Shown: positions 8,455 to 17,369 of the stretch, in pieces
Layout: each line of letters opens with the position of its first letter
Numbering within the stretch: the stretch's first letter is position 1
DNA from: Candidatus Velthaea sp.
GTDB lineage: Bacteria > Vulcanimicrobiota > Vulcanimicrobiia > Vulcanimicrobiales > Vulcanimicrobiaceae
Assembly (NCBI GenBank): GCA_050012475.1
Contig: JBEKHC010000055.1
Span: 1 to 41,710, forward strand
Reading direction: 5' to 3'
Length of the DNA stretch: 41,710 nt
Translations under genes and position numbers: made by a program
The notes under the pieces: generated by a model
Seen by the model: the letters and a program-made list of their open reading frames with translations, nothing else
Told to the model about the DNA's origin: nothing
Database searches by the model: none

Positions 8455-10044
8455 GTGTTTGTCGTGATGGTTGCTTCGGAGTGCGCTCCGGTAGCGCAAG
8501 CGGGCGGATTAGGCGAGGTCATTTTCGGTCTCAGCCGCGAGTTGGAGAACCAAGGTCACGCTGTCGATATCATCATCCCGAAATACGACAGCATGCGCTA
8601 CAATCACATCTTCGGGCTGTCCGTCGCCTTCGAGGATTTGTTGGTTCCGTGGTACGGCGGGTCCATCCATTGCACGGTGTGGTTCGGGTTCGTCCACGGC
8701 CGGCGCTGTTTCTTCATCGATCCGCATTCCGACGACCAATTTTTCAACCGCGGGCAACTCTACGGGTTCGAGGACGACCCGATGCGGTTCGCCTTCTTCT
8801 CCAAGGCGGCGTTGGAGTTCATGTTGCGCACGGCCCGCCGGCCCGACGTCATCCACTGCCACGACTGGCAAACCGCACTCGTGCCCGTTCTCCTGTTCGA
8901 GATGTATCAACAGCTGGGCATGCAGGATCAGCGGGTTTGCTATACGATCCACAATTTCGCCCATCAAGGTCAGACCGGCGAACCGATCCTCTGGGCGACC
9001 GGGTTGAATCGGCCCGAGCGGTTCTTCGACGTCACGCGCTTGCGCGACGACGGCAATCCGTTTGCGCTCAACTTGATGAAGGGCGGGATCGTCTACTCCA
9101 ATTTTGTCACCACCGTGTCGCCGCGCCACGCGTGGGAGGCCCAGAACACCGATCAAGGCATGGGCCTAGGCCACACGCTGCACGTCCATCGCGACAAGTT
9201 CGGCGGCGTCCTCAACGGGATCGATTACGACGTCTGGAACCCGCAGACCGATCCGCTGATCCCCGCGCACTACGCTCCCGAAGCGCTCGAGGGGAAATAC
9301 GCCGTCAAGGAAGCGCTGCGCAATCGCCTCTTTCTGCGCAAGGAATTCAAGCCGATCCTCACCTACGTCGGCCGGCTCGACCGCCAGAAAGGCGTCCATC
9401 TGATCCACCACGCGATCTTCTACGCGCTGGCGCGCGGGATGCAAATCGTCGTGCTGGGCGGATCGTCGGAGCCGGAGATCAACGCGCACTTCCTACACCT
9501 CAAGCACTTCCTCAACGACAACCCCGATTGCCATATCGAAATCGGCTTCGACCTCGAGTTATCGCATCTTATCTACGCCGGGGCCGACATGATTCTGCTG
9601 CCCAGTCACTTCGAGCCGTGCGGCCTCTCGCAGATGATCGCGCTGCGCTACGGGACGGTTCCGATCGTGCGCGCGGTCGGCGGACTGGCCGACACGGTCT
9701 TCGATCGCGACTTCTCAGCGCGCCCGGAGGCCGGACGCAACGGCTTCGTTTTCGAGCACAGCGACAACATGGCGGTCGAATCGGCGCTCGACCGGGCCGT
9801 CGAGCTGTGGTACACCCAGCCGGCGGAATTCCGCGAATTGATGCTCAACGGAATGCATCAAGACCATTCGTGGGTCGAACCCACGCAACATTACGTGAAC
9901 ATTTATGGCTACATCGCGGCCCGTAAACCCGCGCAGCCGGTCCTCGCTGAGGACGGAGCGCCGCGAACGGGCGGCGAGCGCATCGACACCGTGCGCGAGG
10001 ACGTCGCGACAGCGCCGGAGCGCCCACGGACTACAAGTCGTTGA
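8455..10044 (+). CDS. glgA: Glycogen/starch synthase (GT5)
   Basis: ASECAPVAQAGGLG, IHCHDWQT, TIHN, TTVSP, NGID, VGRLDRQKG and PSHFEPCGLSQM...GGLADTV. Probable GTG start at 8455. Confidence 0.93.
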   Translation: MFVVMVASECAPVAQAGGLGEVIFGLSRELENQGHAVDIIIPKYDSMRYNHIFGLSVAFEDLLVPWYGGSIHCTVWFGFVHGRRCFFIDPHSDDQFFNRGQLYGFEDDPMRFAFFSKAALEFMLRTARRPDVIHCHDWQTALVPVLLFEMYQQLGMQDQRVCYTIHNFAHQGQTGEPILWATGLNRPERFFDVTRLRDDGNPFALNLMKGGIVYSNFVTTVSPRHAWEAQNTDQGMGLGHTLHVHRDKFGGVLNGIDYDVWNPQTDPLIPAHYAPEALEGKYAVKEALRNRLFLRKEFKPILTYVGRLDRQKGVHLIHHAIFYALARGMQIVVLGGSSEPEINAHFLHLKHFLNDNPDCHIEIGFDLELSHLIYAGADMILLPSHFEPCGLSQMIALRYGTVPIVRAVGGLADTVFDRDFSARPEAGRNGFVFEHSDNMAVESALDRAVELWYTQPAEFRELMLNGMHQDHSWVEPTQHYVNIYGYIAARKPAQPVLAEDGAPRTGGERIDTVREDVATAPERPRTTSR

Positions 10045-10340
10045 CGAGAATGCCGCTCGTGCGCCGGGAAAGCTCGCAGCCGGCGTTGCGATAGCGGAAG
10101 TCGCCGGGCTCGACGCCTTTTGGCAAGCGCGCCCTCGTGAACAGCTGGCGCGATCCATCGGCAAGCACCGCGACCGCGTCGTAGCCGCGCACCCAGATTT
10201 TTTAATGAGTTCCTCGATCGCTGGGCGATTTTCGTTGCCGGCCGCGCGGACGTCGTCTTCAGGAACATTACGTTCGACCGCTAGGCTGGCTTTCGAACGG
10301 CGGCGTTCGACGGCAACGAAAATGCGGTCCGCGGCGTTAT
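10031..10340 (-). pseudogene. Small hypothetical gene with a -1 frameshift at an A6 run
   Basis: Minus strand reads ...VPEDDVRAAGNENRPAIEELIKK, then shifts to IWVRGYDAVAVLADGSRQLF...ILVNDL-TAG at the T6 tract 10198-10203. Start not identified. Confidence 0.35.
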
Positions 10341-10404
10341 GAGGATAATCACACTCTCTTCGGCTCGGAGCGACGGCCAGCCGCCATCTTTCGGGAAATC
10401 GATC

Positions 10405-10818
10405 ATGATGAACAATGCTGAAGCGCCCGTAAACGGCCGGAACACGAACGTTGTGGACATTGCGCTAAAAATCGTCACCGTGCCCGAAGCCGCCGCTCCC
10501 GACCTCGACCACAGCCCGCGCGCAGCGTTCGTCAAGCGCGAAAGCTCGCGGTTTCTGACGCCGCAGCACATCGACGTTACCGACCGGCCGATGTTCTATG
10601 CGCAGCCGAAACCGTTCGCGTTCCCGACCAAGGCGCAATTGCGGTCGAGCGATGCGAACCGCTGGGTGCGCCAGCGGCTCAACGCCGGCAACGCCGGCTC
10701 CGCCATCGAACTTCTCGCCGCCAAATACTCGATCAATAACCTCGCCCAACGGCCGAGCTTTCGCTTGAGCCAACTCTGGAGAATGGTGCTCGAACCGACG
10801 CGCCCGCGTCGCGTCTAA
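10405..10818 (+). CDS. Hypothetical protein
   Basis: ORF with plausible composition ending 10 nt before the next co-oriented gene. No family recognised. Confidence 0.55.
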   Translation: MMNNAEAPVNGRNTNVVDIALKIVTVPEAAAPDLDHSPRAAFVKRESSRFLTPQHIDVTDRPMFYAQPKPFAFPTKAQLRSSDANRWVRQRLNAGNAGSAIELLAAKYSINNLAQRPSFRLSQLWRMVLEPTRPRRV

Positions 10819-10828
10819 AGCGACCGGC

Positions 10829-11590
10829 GTGGCTTTTCCGCCGGCGCTAACGGGCATCAACCATATCGCTCCGGCGCCCCGCCGGGTCCGTGGATTGCTG
10901 GCCGGAAGCGTTTTGTTCGACACGGCGCGCGCGGTCTACGTCTGGGAAGCGCCGCATTATCCGCGCTATTACGTTCCGCGCGCGGACGTCGATATGCGTC
11001 TGCTGACGCCGGATGGAGTTCCGGTCTCGACGCCGCAAGGCGAAGCCCAAAACCACCATATCGCCGCCGGCGGCGTCATCCGCCATGCCGCGGCGCGGCT
11101 GATTCTGAACTCCGAATTCGATGCGCTGCGCGACACGGTGCGGTTCGAATGGGGCAAGCTCGACCATTGGTTCGAAGAAGACGAAGAGATCTTCGTCCAT
11201 CCCCGCAGTCCCTACGTGCGCGTCGACGCGCTGCGCGCGAGGCGGACGGTGCGCGTCGAGTTGGACGGCATCGTCCTGGCCCAATCGTCGTCGCCGGTCA
11301 TGGTCTTCGAGACCGGACTGCCGGCGCGTTCCTACGTCGATTTTGCTGACGTCCGCTTCGAGCATCTGGTGCCGTCGCGCACCCGCACCGAATGTCCCTA
11401 CAAAGGGCGTACGACCGGGTATTGGTCGGTCGCGATCGACGGTACGGTCTACGCGGATCTGGCTTGGACGTATTCGTTCCCGACGCGACAACTCTCGCCG
11501 ATCGCCGGCCTGATCGCGTTTCTCGACGAAAAAGTCGACGTGTTCGTCGACGGGGTCGCGCAACCGCGACCGCGCACGCATATGAGCTGA
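10829..11590 (+). CDS. DUF427 domain-containing protein (tandem)
   Basis: PRRVRG...VWEAPHYPRYYVP, WFEEDEEIFVHPRSPYVRVD, FETGLP, TECPYKG...YWS, AWTY. Confidence 0.9.
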   Translation: MAFPPALTGINHIAPAPRRVRGLLAGSVLFDTARAVYVWEAPHYPRYYVPRADVDMRLLTPDGVPVSTPQGEAQNHHIAAGGVIRHAAARLILNSEFDALRDTVRFEWGKLDHWFEEDEEIFVHPRSPYVRVDALRARRTVRVELDGIVLAQSSSPVMVFETGLPARSYVDFADVRFEHLVPSRTRTECPYKGRTTGYWSVAIDGTVYADLAWTYSFPTRQLSPIAGLIAFLDEKVDVFVDGVAQPRPRTHMS

Positions 11591-11656
11591 GCCGGTTGGC
11601 CGTCCCGGCGGTGCGCACCGAGCAGGCTCGAACGACCGTTGCCCTAACTTCACCGC

Positions 11657-12127
11657 ATGCAGCTTCAACTGACCGCGCTGTGCGCTCTAGCCGTCATGAG
11701 CTTGTCAACCGTGCCGGCCGGCGCGCAGTCTTCCGGGACGCCGGTGCCGCAAGACGTCAAGGCTGCGGCCGACGCAACGCAGGCCGCGCGCAAAATCACG
11801 TTCGAGACCCGCAACGGATCGGGCGTCAGCGGCAGTGTCGGCCTGTATACGATCGGCCGCTCGCGCACGCGGGTCCTCGTGCGCTTGCCGGCGGGGCACA
11901 ACTTTCGCGTCATGCTCTATCCCGGCAGCGACTGCATCGACAACCGGACGGCCAGCGCCGCCGACGTTACGCTCCGGCCGTTGAATTTCAGCACCACCGG
12001 AGCGTCGACGTCGTCGACGATCGTGTCGCTGCCGATCCAGAAGGTCCAGTCCAACTACGTCGTCGACGTTCGGGAGGCCACCAGCCGGGCAGCGGTTTCA
12101 GAAGCCTGCGCCCGGCTGAATCACTGA
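11657..12127 (+). CDS. Small secreted protein, CHRD/SOD-like beta-sandwich-type
   Basis: Signal peptide ending AGA-Q. NGSGVSGSV...PGSDC...STSSTIV...ACA pattern with two Cys in the mature part. Confidence 0.7.
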   Translation: MQLQLTALCALAVMSLSTVPAGAQSSGTPVPQDVKAAADATQAARKITFETRNGSGVSGSVGLYTIGRSRTRVLVRLPAGHNFRVMLYPGSDCIDNRTASAADVTLRPLNFSTTGASTSSTIVSLPIQKVQSNYVVDVREATSRAAVSEACARLNH

Positions 12128-12132
12128 TACTC

Positions 12133-12414
12133 TCAGCGCGTCGAGCCGATGCGAAAGCCGCGGTGACCGACGGGCGGAGCAGTCAGCGTTTCCGCTGATT
12201 CGATGCGCGCGTAGCGCGGCGGATGTGCGAAGATCTCGGCGACGAAGGCGTTCAGCTCGGCGGCCGGCCCCTCAACGTCCAGCGTGACGTGCAGGTCTTC
12301 GTTGTAGACCTGCCCGGTAATCCCCGGAAACCGTCCCACGATCCGCTCGACGGTAAACCGAAACCCGACTCCCTGGACCCAGCCGTGAAAACGGATGATG
12401 CGACGTTCCTTCAC
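12133..12414 (-). CDS. acyP: Acylphosphatase
   Basis: GWVQGVGFR phosphate loop, GQVYN and VEGP. 93 aa. The GTG start overlaps the MFS TGA (GTGA). Confidence 0.9.
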   Translation of the reverse strand: MKERRIIRFHGWVQGVGFRFTVERIVGRFPGITGQVYNEDLHVTLDVEGPAAELNAFVAEIFAHPPRYARIESAETLTAPPVGHRGFRIGSTR

Positions 12415-13652
12415 GGCGCGGGCGTGACGCTCACGCGTGTTTTCGATCGGCGGCGCAGGCTGAGCCAAAGCACCGGCGCGGCCGCGACCAACATCGCGAC
12501 GGCGACGCCGGTCCAAGCAGCGTGCAGCGACGAACGGTCGGCAGCGAGCCCGAACACCCACGGCGCAACGGCCGACGCGGCGAAGATGCCCGTGAGACCG
12601 ACCCCCAGCGCGCTCGCCGCGCGTTCGGGACCGCCCACTTCGGAAAGCGCCGCCGCCATCAATCCGTTCCAGCCCGAAGCACTCAATCCGAGCAACCCGG
12701 AGGCCACGAAGAGTTGCGCGACGGCATGCACCGAGAGCATCGCGAGCAGACTGCTGCCGACGCACGCCACGACGCCGACGATCGCGAGCGGCACGAGCCG
12801 GTCACCGCCGAAACAACGATCGCTCACGACGCCCCAACCCAGCCGGCCGAGAATCGCCGCGAGGAAGGCCAACGCCAGCGCCAAGCTCGCAACGTCGACC
12901 GACGTTCGAACGACGTTCGTGGCCGTAATGGTCAAGAAGGCGTTCATGATGAACTGACCGGCCGACAACAGCATCGACGTCAGGGTTACCGCGATGAGCC
13001 GGGGATCGCGCGCCAAGCCGAGCATTGCGCGCGCGACGTCGCCGAACCGGACGGGCGCGCCGCCTTCATCGGACAATTCGTGATACAGAAGATACGCGGC
13101 TGCGTTCGGCAGCACCACGACGAGCGTCGCGAAAACGAATGCCGTTCGATAGCCGCCATACGCGGCGCAGAGCGGCAACGCGAGCGCACCGATAAGGCCG
13201 CCGACCGAAACGCCCGTTTGCCGGATGCCCATTGCGAATCCGCGGTCGCGATCGAACCAGGCGAGGATCGCCCGTCCGCCCGCCGGCGTCGAAGCGGCGT
13301 AGCCGGCACCGTAGATCACCATCATTGCGACGAGCCAATGGTAGTCGACTTTCAGGGTCGCGCCGAGCAGGGCCGCCGCCATGACGCCGGCGGCGGCGAG
13401 CAGCATTTTGCGCTCGCCCCAGCGATCGGTCAAGGCGCCGGCCAGCGCGGTGCAACACATCGCGCCGGCCAGAATCGCGCTGAACACCACGCCCAACTGT
13501 GCTTTCGACAGCGCGAACGTCGCGACGAGCACCGGCGACAACGCTCCGAGCGCCTGCTGCACGACGGACGATCCGGCTTGCGCCGTGGTCAGTAACGCCA
13601 AGACACGCCAGCGCTCGTTCCCATCGGTGACTCTCGTTCCCGCCGGCGCCAT
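12411..13652 (-). CDS. MFS transporter
   Basis: Motif [11 protein letters not shown], second-half [25 protein letters not shown]. About 12 TM segments. Confidence 0.92.
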   Translation of the reverse strand: MAPAGTRVTDGNERWRVLALLTTAQAGSSVVQQALGALSPVLVATFALSKAQLGVVFSAILAGAMCCTALAGALTDRWGERKMLLAAAGVMAAALLGATLKVDYHWLVAMMVIYGAGYAASTPAGGRAILAWFDRDRGFAMGIRQTGVSVGGLIGALALPLCAAYGGYRTAFVFATLVVVLPNAAAYLLYHELSDEGGAPVRFGDVARAMLGLARDPRLIAVTLTSMLLSAGQFIMNAFLTITATNVVRTSVDVASLALALAFLAAILGRLGWGVVSDRCFGGDRLVPLAIVGVVACVGSSLLAMLSVHAVAQLFVASGLLGLSASGWNGLMAAALSEVGGPERAASALGVGLTGIFAASAVAPWVFGLAADRSSLHAAWTGVAVAMLVAAAPVLWLSLRRRSKTRVSVTPAP

Positions 13653-13801
13653 CGCACGGAGACTTTGCCTGCCGGCACTGCGCTCCCCGTCGGATGAGCT
13701 TCGGCTGCCGGCCTTCGGTTTGTTTCCGGTTAAGCCGAAAGCGCCGGGGCGACGGATGTCACGCACGTTTACAGACGGTCATGGTTTACCCCGGCGCAGC
13801 T

Positions 13802-13809
13802 GCCGATAG
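13802..13809 (+). promoter_or_regulatory. Possible sigma-28 (FliA) -10 element upstream of the chemoreceptor
   Basis: GCCGATAG matches GCCGATAA at 7/8 positions and lies 7 nt before ATG 13817. No convincing -35. Confidence 0.3.
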
Positions 13810-13816
13810 TCTGATA

Positions 13817-16510
13817 ATGGGTTCCCTGTCGTTTGCTGCAAAAATGGCGATCATCGGCGCAGTCTTTGTGCTTCCGATCGCCTTGCTCATCGTGGTCTTG
13901 TATTTTCAGATCAATGGCGACGCAACATTCTACAAACTCGAGCGAGTTGGCGTAACGTACACCAAAGCGCTGCGACCGCTGTTCACCGATCTCGAAGCCT
14001 ATCGGGTCGCCGGGCGCTCCGACGAGCGTGCAGCGATCGCCTCACGCGTCGATGCCGATTTTCGCGCAGCTTTCGCCGTCGACGCCGAAGCCGGAAAACC
14101 GCTCCACCTGACCGGCGACTTGACCGCGCTCGAAACCAAATGGCAGGCTCACGCGGGGATCGACACGCTGCTCAACGATTTCATCACCTTGCTCGGCTCG
14201 GTGTCCGATAACTCGAAGATCACGCTCGACCCGATCCTCGACGGCTACTATGTCGGCGATACGATGGTCAACAAGGTTCCCAGCCTCATCGACGGCGCGG
14301 CCCAAGCTGCCGTCGTTGCTGCCCGGACCCTGTCGGGCGCCCGTTTTCCGACCGACGATCGGATCTCCATGACGATCCTATCCGGTCAAATCGAAACAGC
14401 GCGCGATGGCATCGAACACAATCTGCCGATCGCCGTCAGCGCTGCACCCTATTTGCAGTCGGCGGTCGAAACCGCCCGCCGGCGCGAAAAGGAAACCAGT
14501 TCGACGTACGCCGACTGGCTGCAGTCGAACCTGCTCAAGCCGGCGACGCCGCTCGGAACGCTGCGGACCTTGAGCGCCGATCGCGATACCACGCTAAGCG
14601 CCGCTTTCGCGCTCTACGACGCTTCGATCTCGGCAATGGACCAGGTTCTCGAGCGCCGGATCGACGCGCTCAATCGCCGGTTGATCACGATATTCTCGTT
14701 TGTTTTGCTGACGATCGCAGCTGCCGTCGGGATCATGGCGGCAACGACCAAGTCGCTGGCTCGCCGGCTCGCTCGACTGACCGCCGCAGCACGGAAGATC
14801 GCTGCGGGAGCCGTGGAGGTCGACGTCGATTTACCGCGCGGCGGACGCGACGAGCTGGGGATTCTCTCGGCAACCTTTTCGGAGATGGCGCAGAACTTGC
14901 GCCGGGTGTCGCTGGCCGCCGAGGCCGTCGCCGGGGGCGACTTGCGCAGCACCCAACTTGCGCGCGGAACGCAAGACGGTTTGGGTCGCGCCTTCGAGTT
15001 CATGGTCGATGACTTGCGCCGGCTGGTCGAGTCGGTCATCAACGGCGCTGTCCGAATCACCGCCGGCGCGGCGCTGATCGTCGATTCGAGCACCGAAATC
15101 AGCGGCACGAGTTCGGCCATCGCAAGCACGATTTCACAGGTCGTAAACGGAGTGGTCGATCAACGGTCAGCCGCGCTGGAGATCGAACGCCAGTTGAGCG
15201 ATTTCAACCGGCACGTCCAAGAGCTCTCGGCCGCAAAGGTCGCCCAACAAGAGGGCGCCGCGCATTTGCAGACGGCGCTCGCCGTAGTGCGCGGAGATCT
15301 GGATCGCGCCTCGGGCAGCGTCGGCGGTGTGGCTGCAGCAGCCGAGCGCGCGGCGCAAACGGCGCGCAGCGGAACCGATGCCATCGCGGCCAGCATTGCG
15401 AGCATGGACCAAGTCCGCGCGGCGGTCGCCCGGGGTGCCGAACGCGTGGCCGATCTCCGCAATCACTCCGATCAGGTCGGCGAGATCGTCACCGCCATCG
15501 ACGCAATCGCCGAACAGACGAAGCTGCTCGCGCTCAACGCGGCGATCGAAGCAGCGCGCGCGGGTCAGCAAGGTCGCGGGTTCGCGGTCGTGGCTCATGA
15601 GATCAGCCGGCTTGCCGAGCGTGTTGCCTTGGAGACCAACAAGATTTCCAGCCGGGTCGGCGCAATGCGCGTCCAGGTCGATGGGGTAAGCGATGTGATG
15701 CTGGAGAGCAGCACGGCCGTCGTTCGCACGACCGAACTTGGAACCGCTGCGCGCGCCTCACTCGACGCGATCGTTTCCAATGTCGCCGAAACCGACGCGC
15801 AAACTCAGTTGATCGAAGACGCGATCCAGAAGATTACCGCGAGCGTCACGCTGCTGGGTGACACAACTCGTCAAGTCGCCGACACGGCACAAAGAAGCAG
15901 CGCTGCCATTAGCGGCGTTCAGCACGGCACCGACACCGTCATCTCCGCGATCAAGCGAATCGGTCAGATTACCGACGAAACCGCCGCCAGCGCCGGCAGC
16001 GTGAACACGTCGGTTTCCGAGCAAGCTGCGGAGATCACTCGGCTCAGTTCGAGCGCTTCCACCCTGACGGCATTAGCCGGCGATCTGCACGACGCCGTCG
16101 GTAAGTTTCGGATCGAGGACGATGCGACGGCGACCGCGGTCGCGCCGATCCAGCTCAGAAAATACCCGCGGTTTCGCGCAACCCTTCCGCTGACGTACCG
16201 CGTTGACGGCGGTTCGGACATGAAGGCTGGCCAAATCCACGATCTGGGCGGCGGCGGACTGTGTTTCGAAAGCGCCGAGAGCTTGCGGACAGGTACGGCG
16301 CTGACGATCCGGTTCGGGCTCTCGCCGCAGCATCGCATCGAAGTGCGCAGCAGCGTCGTCGCAAGCACCTACGATGCGGAGAAGTCCGCGCACCTCCACC
16401 ACGTCAGCTTTTCCGCCATCGCTGACGCTGCCCGAGAGTCGATCTTGGCCTATATTCTCGAAGCACGGCGTTTGACGCTCACCTCTCACCGGGAGCCGGT
16501 ACCGGCATAA
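13817..16510 (+). CDS. Methyl-accepting chemotaxis protein with HAMP domain(s) and C-terminal PilZ domain
   Basis: Two TM segments flanking a sensor domain, HAMP (RDELGIL), signalling tip [30 protein letters not shown] and PilZ motifs RKYPR and DLGGGG. Confidence 0.92.
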   Translation: MGSLSFAAKMAIIGAVFVLPIALLIVVLYFQINGDATFYKLERVGVTYTKALRPLFTDLEAYRVAGRSDERAAIASRVDADFRAAFAVDAEAGKPLHLTGDLTALETKWQAHAGIDTLLNDFITLLGSVSDNSKITLDPILDGYYVGDTMVNKVPSLIDGAAQAAVVAARTLSGARFPTDDRISMTILSGQIETARDGIEHNLPIAVSAAPYLQSAVETARRREKETSSTYADWLQSNLLKPATPLGTLRTLSADRDTTLSAAFALYDASISAMDQVLERRIDALNRRLITIFSFVLLTIAAAVGIMAATTKSLARRLARLTAAARKIAAGAVEVDVDLPRGGRDELGILSATFSEMAQNLRRVSLAAEAVAGGDLRSTQLARGTQDGLGRAFEFMVDDLRRLVESVINGAVRITAGAALIVDSSTEISGTSSAIASTISQVVNGVVDQRSAALEIERQLSDFNRHVQELSAAKVAQQEGAAHLQTALAVVRGDLDRASGSVGGVAAAAERAAQTARSGTDAIAASIASMDQVRAAVARGAERVADLRNHSDQVGEIVTAIDAIAEQTKLLALNAAIEAARAGQQGRGFAVVAHEISRLAERVALETNKISSRVGAMRVQVDGVSDVMLESSTAVVRTTELGTAARASLDAIVSNVAETDAQTQLIEDAIQKITASVTLLGDTTRQVADTAQRSSAAISGVQHGTDTVISAIKRIGQITDETAASAGSVNTSVSEQAAEITRLSSSASTLTALAGDLHDAVGKFRIEDDATATAVAPIQLRKYPRFRATLPLTYRVDGGSDMKAGQIHDLGGGGLCFESAESLRTGTALTIRFGLSPQHRIEVRSSVVASTYDAEKSAHLHHVSFSAIADAARESILAYILEARRLTLTSHREPVPA

Positions 16511-17369
16511 CGTCGACGGCGACGTCGACCTCGTGTTCGCTGCCTCCGGTCACGATGCCGTGGATTGGAGCGACGTCACCGTAGTCGCGCCCCCACGCCA
16601 CCGTGATGTGTTCGCTGCTGGGTAGCATGTTGTTGGTCGGATCGAAATCGAGCCAGCCGTACGGCGGAATCCAGACCGAGAACCAAGCGTGGCTGGCATC
16701 GGCGCCGACCAAACGTTCGCGACCCGGCGGTGGTTGCGTCAAAAGATAGCCGCTGACGTAGCGCGCGGCGAGCCCCATCGTGCGCACGGCTGCTATGCCG
16801 ACGTGCGCGAGATCCTGACACACGCCGGCGCGTAACGCGAACGCCTCCTTGACCGTGGTGCGCGTATCCGTCGCTTCTTTGTCGAACGTGAAGTCGGCAT
16901 AGATACGGTTGTTGAGTTCGAGCACGCAGGCCAGGAGCGGCCGGACGCGATGAAAACTGCGCCGTGTATAAGCGACCACGTCGTCGTTCGGCGCCGTCAG
17001 CGGCGTGTCGAAGGTGTATTGCAGCGCGTCGAGCGTCTGCGCATCGGCCGGGTCCTCGAAGCTGGTCCGGACCGCTTCCCAACTCATGCTGGCCTCGGCA
17101 TCGTACGGCGAGAGCGGATCGACCGCCACCTGACTCACAGCCAGAATATCGAGCATGTCGTGCGGCTCGTCGATGATGAACCAACTCGTGGTGTTGCCGA
17201 AGTAGTCGCAGCGCGCGAAGCTCTTCGCCGGCTGGGGCGACACGCCGATCTCGAACGCCAGCGCGCGCTGACGATCCGTCGTGCGCGGCGCGATGTGCGC
17301 CACGAGCCGCGAGTACGCGACATCCGATTGATAGCGATACGTCGTGCGATGCGAAACGGTATAGTTCAC
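16479..17369 (-). CDS. Transglutaminase family protein (Bact_transglu_N + core)
   Basis: [16 protein letters not shown] and triad motifs [18 protein letters not shown], plus GRDYGDV. Confidence 0.93.
   Translation of the reverse strand: MNYTVSHRTTYRYQSDVAYSRLVAHIAPRTTDRQRALAFEIGVSPQPAKSFARCDYFGNTTSWFIIDEPHDMLDILAVSQVAVDPLSPYDAEASMSWEAVRTSFEDPADAQTLDALQYTFDTPLTAPNDDVVAYTRRSFHRVRPLLACVLELNNRIYADFTFDKEATDTRTTVKEAFALRAGVCQDLAHVGIAAVRTMGLAARYVSGYLLTQPPPGRERLVGADASHAWFSVWIPPYGWLDFDPTNNMLPSSEHITVAWGRDYGDVAPIHGIVTGGSEHEVDVAVDVMPVPAPGER

Noticed and set aside
13653..13816. c-di-GMP riboswitch upstream of the MCP-PilZ gene
   Set aside because: Only a GTCACGCAC coincidence and a weak hairpin. The GEMM core (GGCAAAC...GAAA...GACGCAAAGC) is absent.
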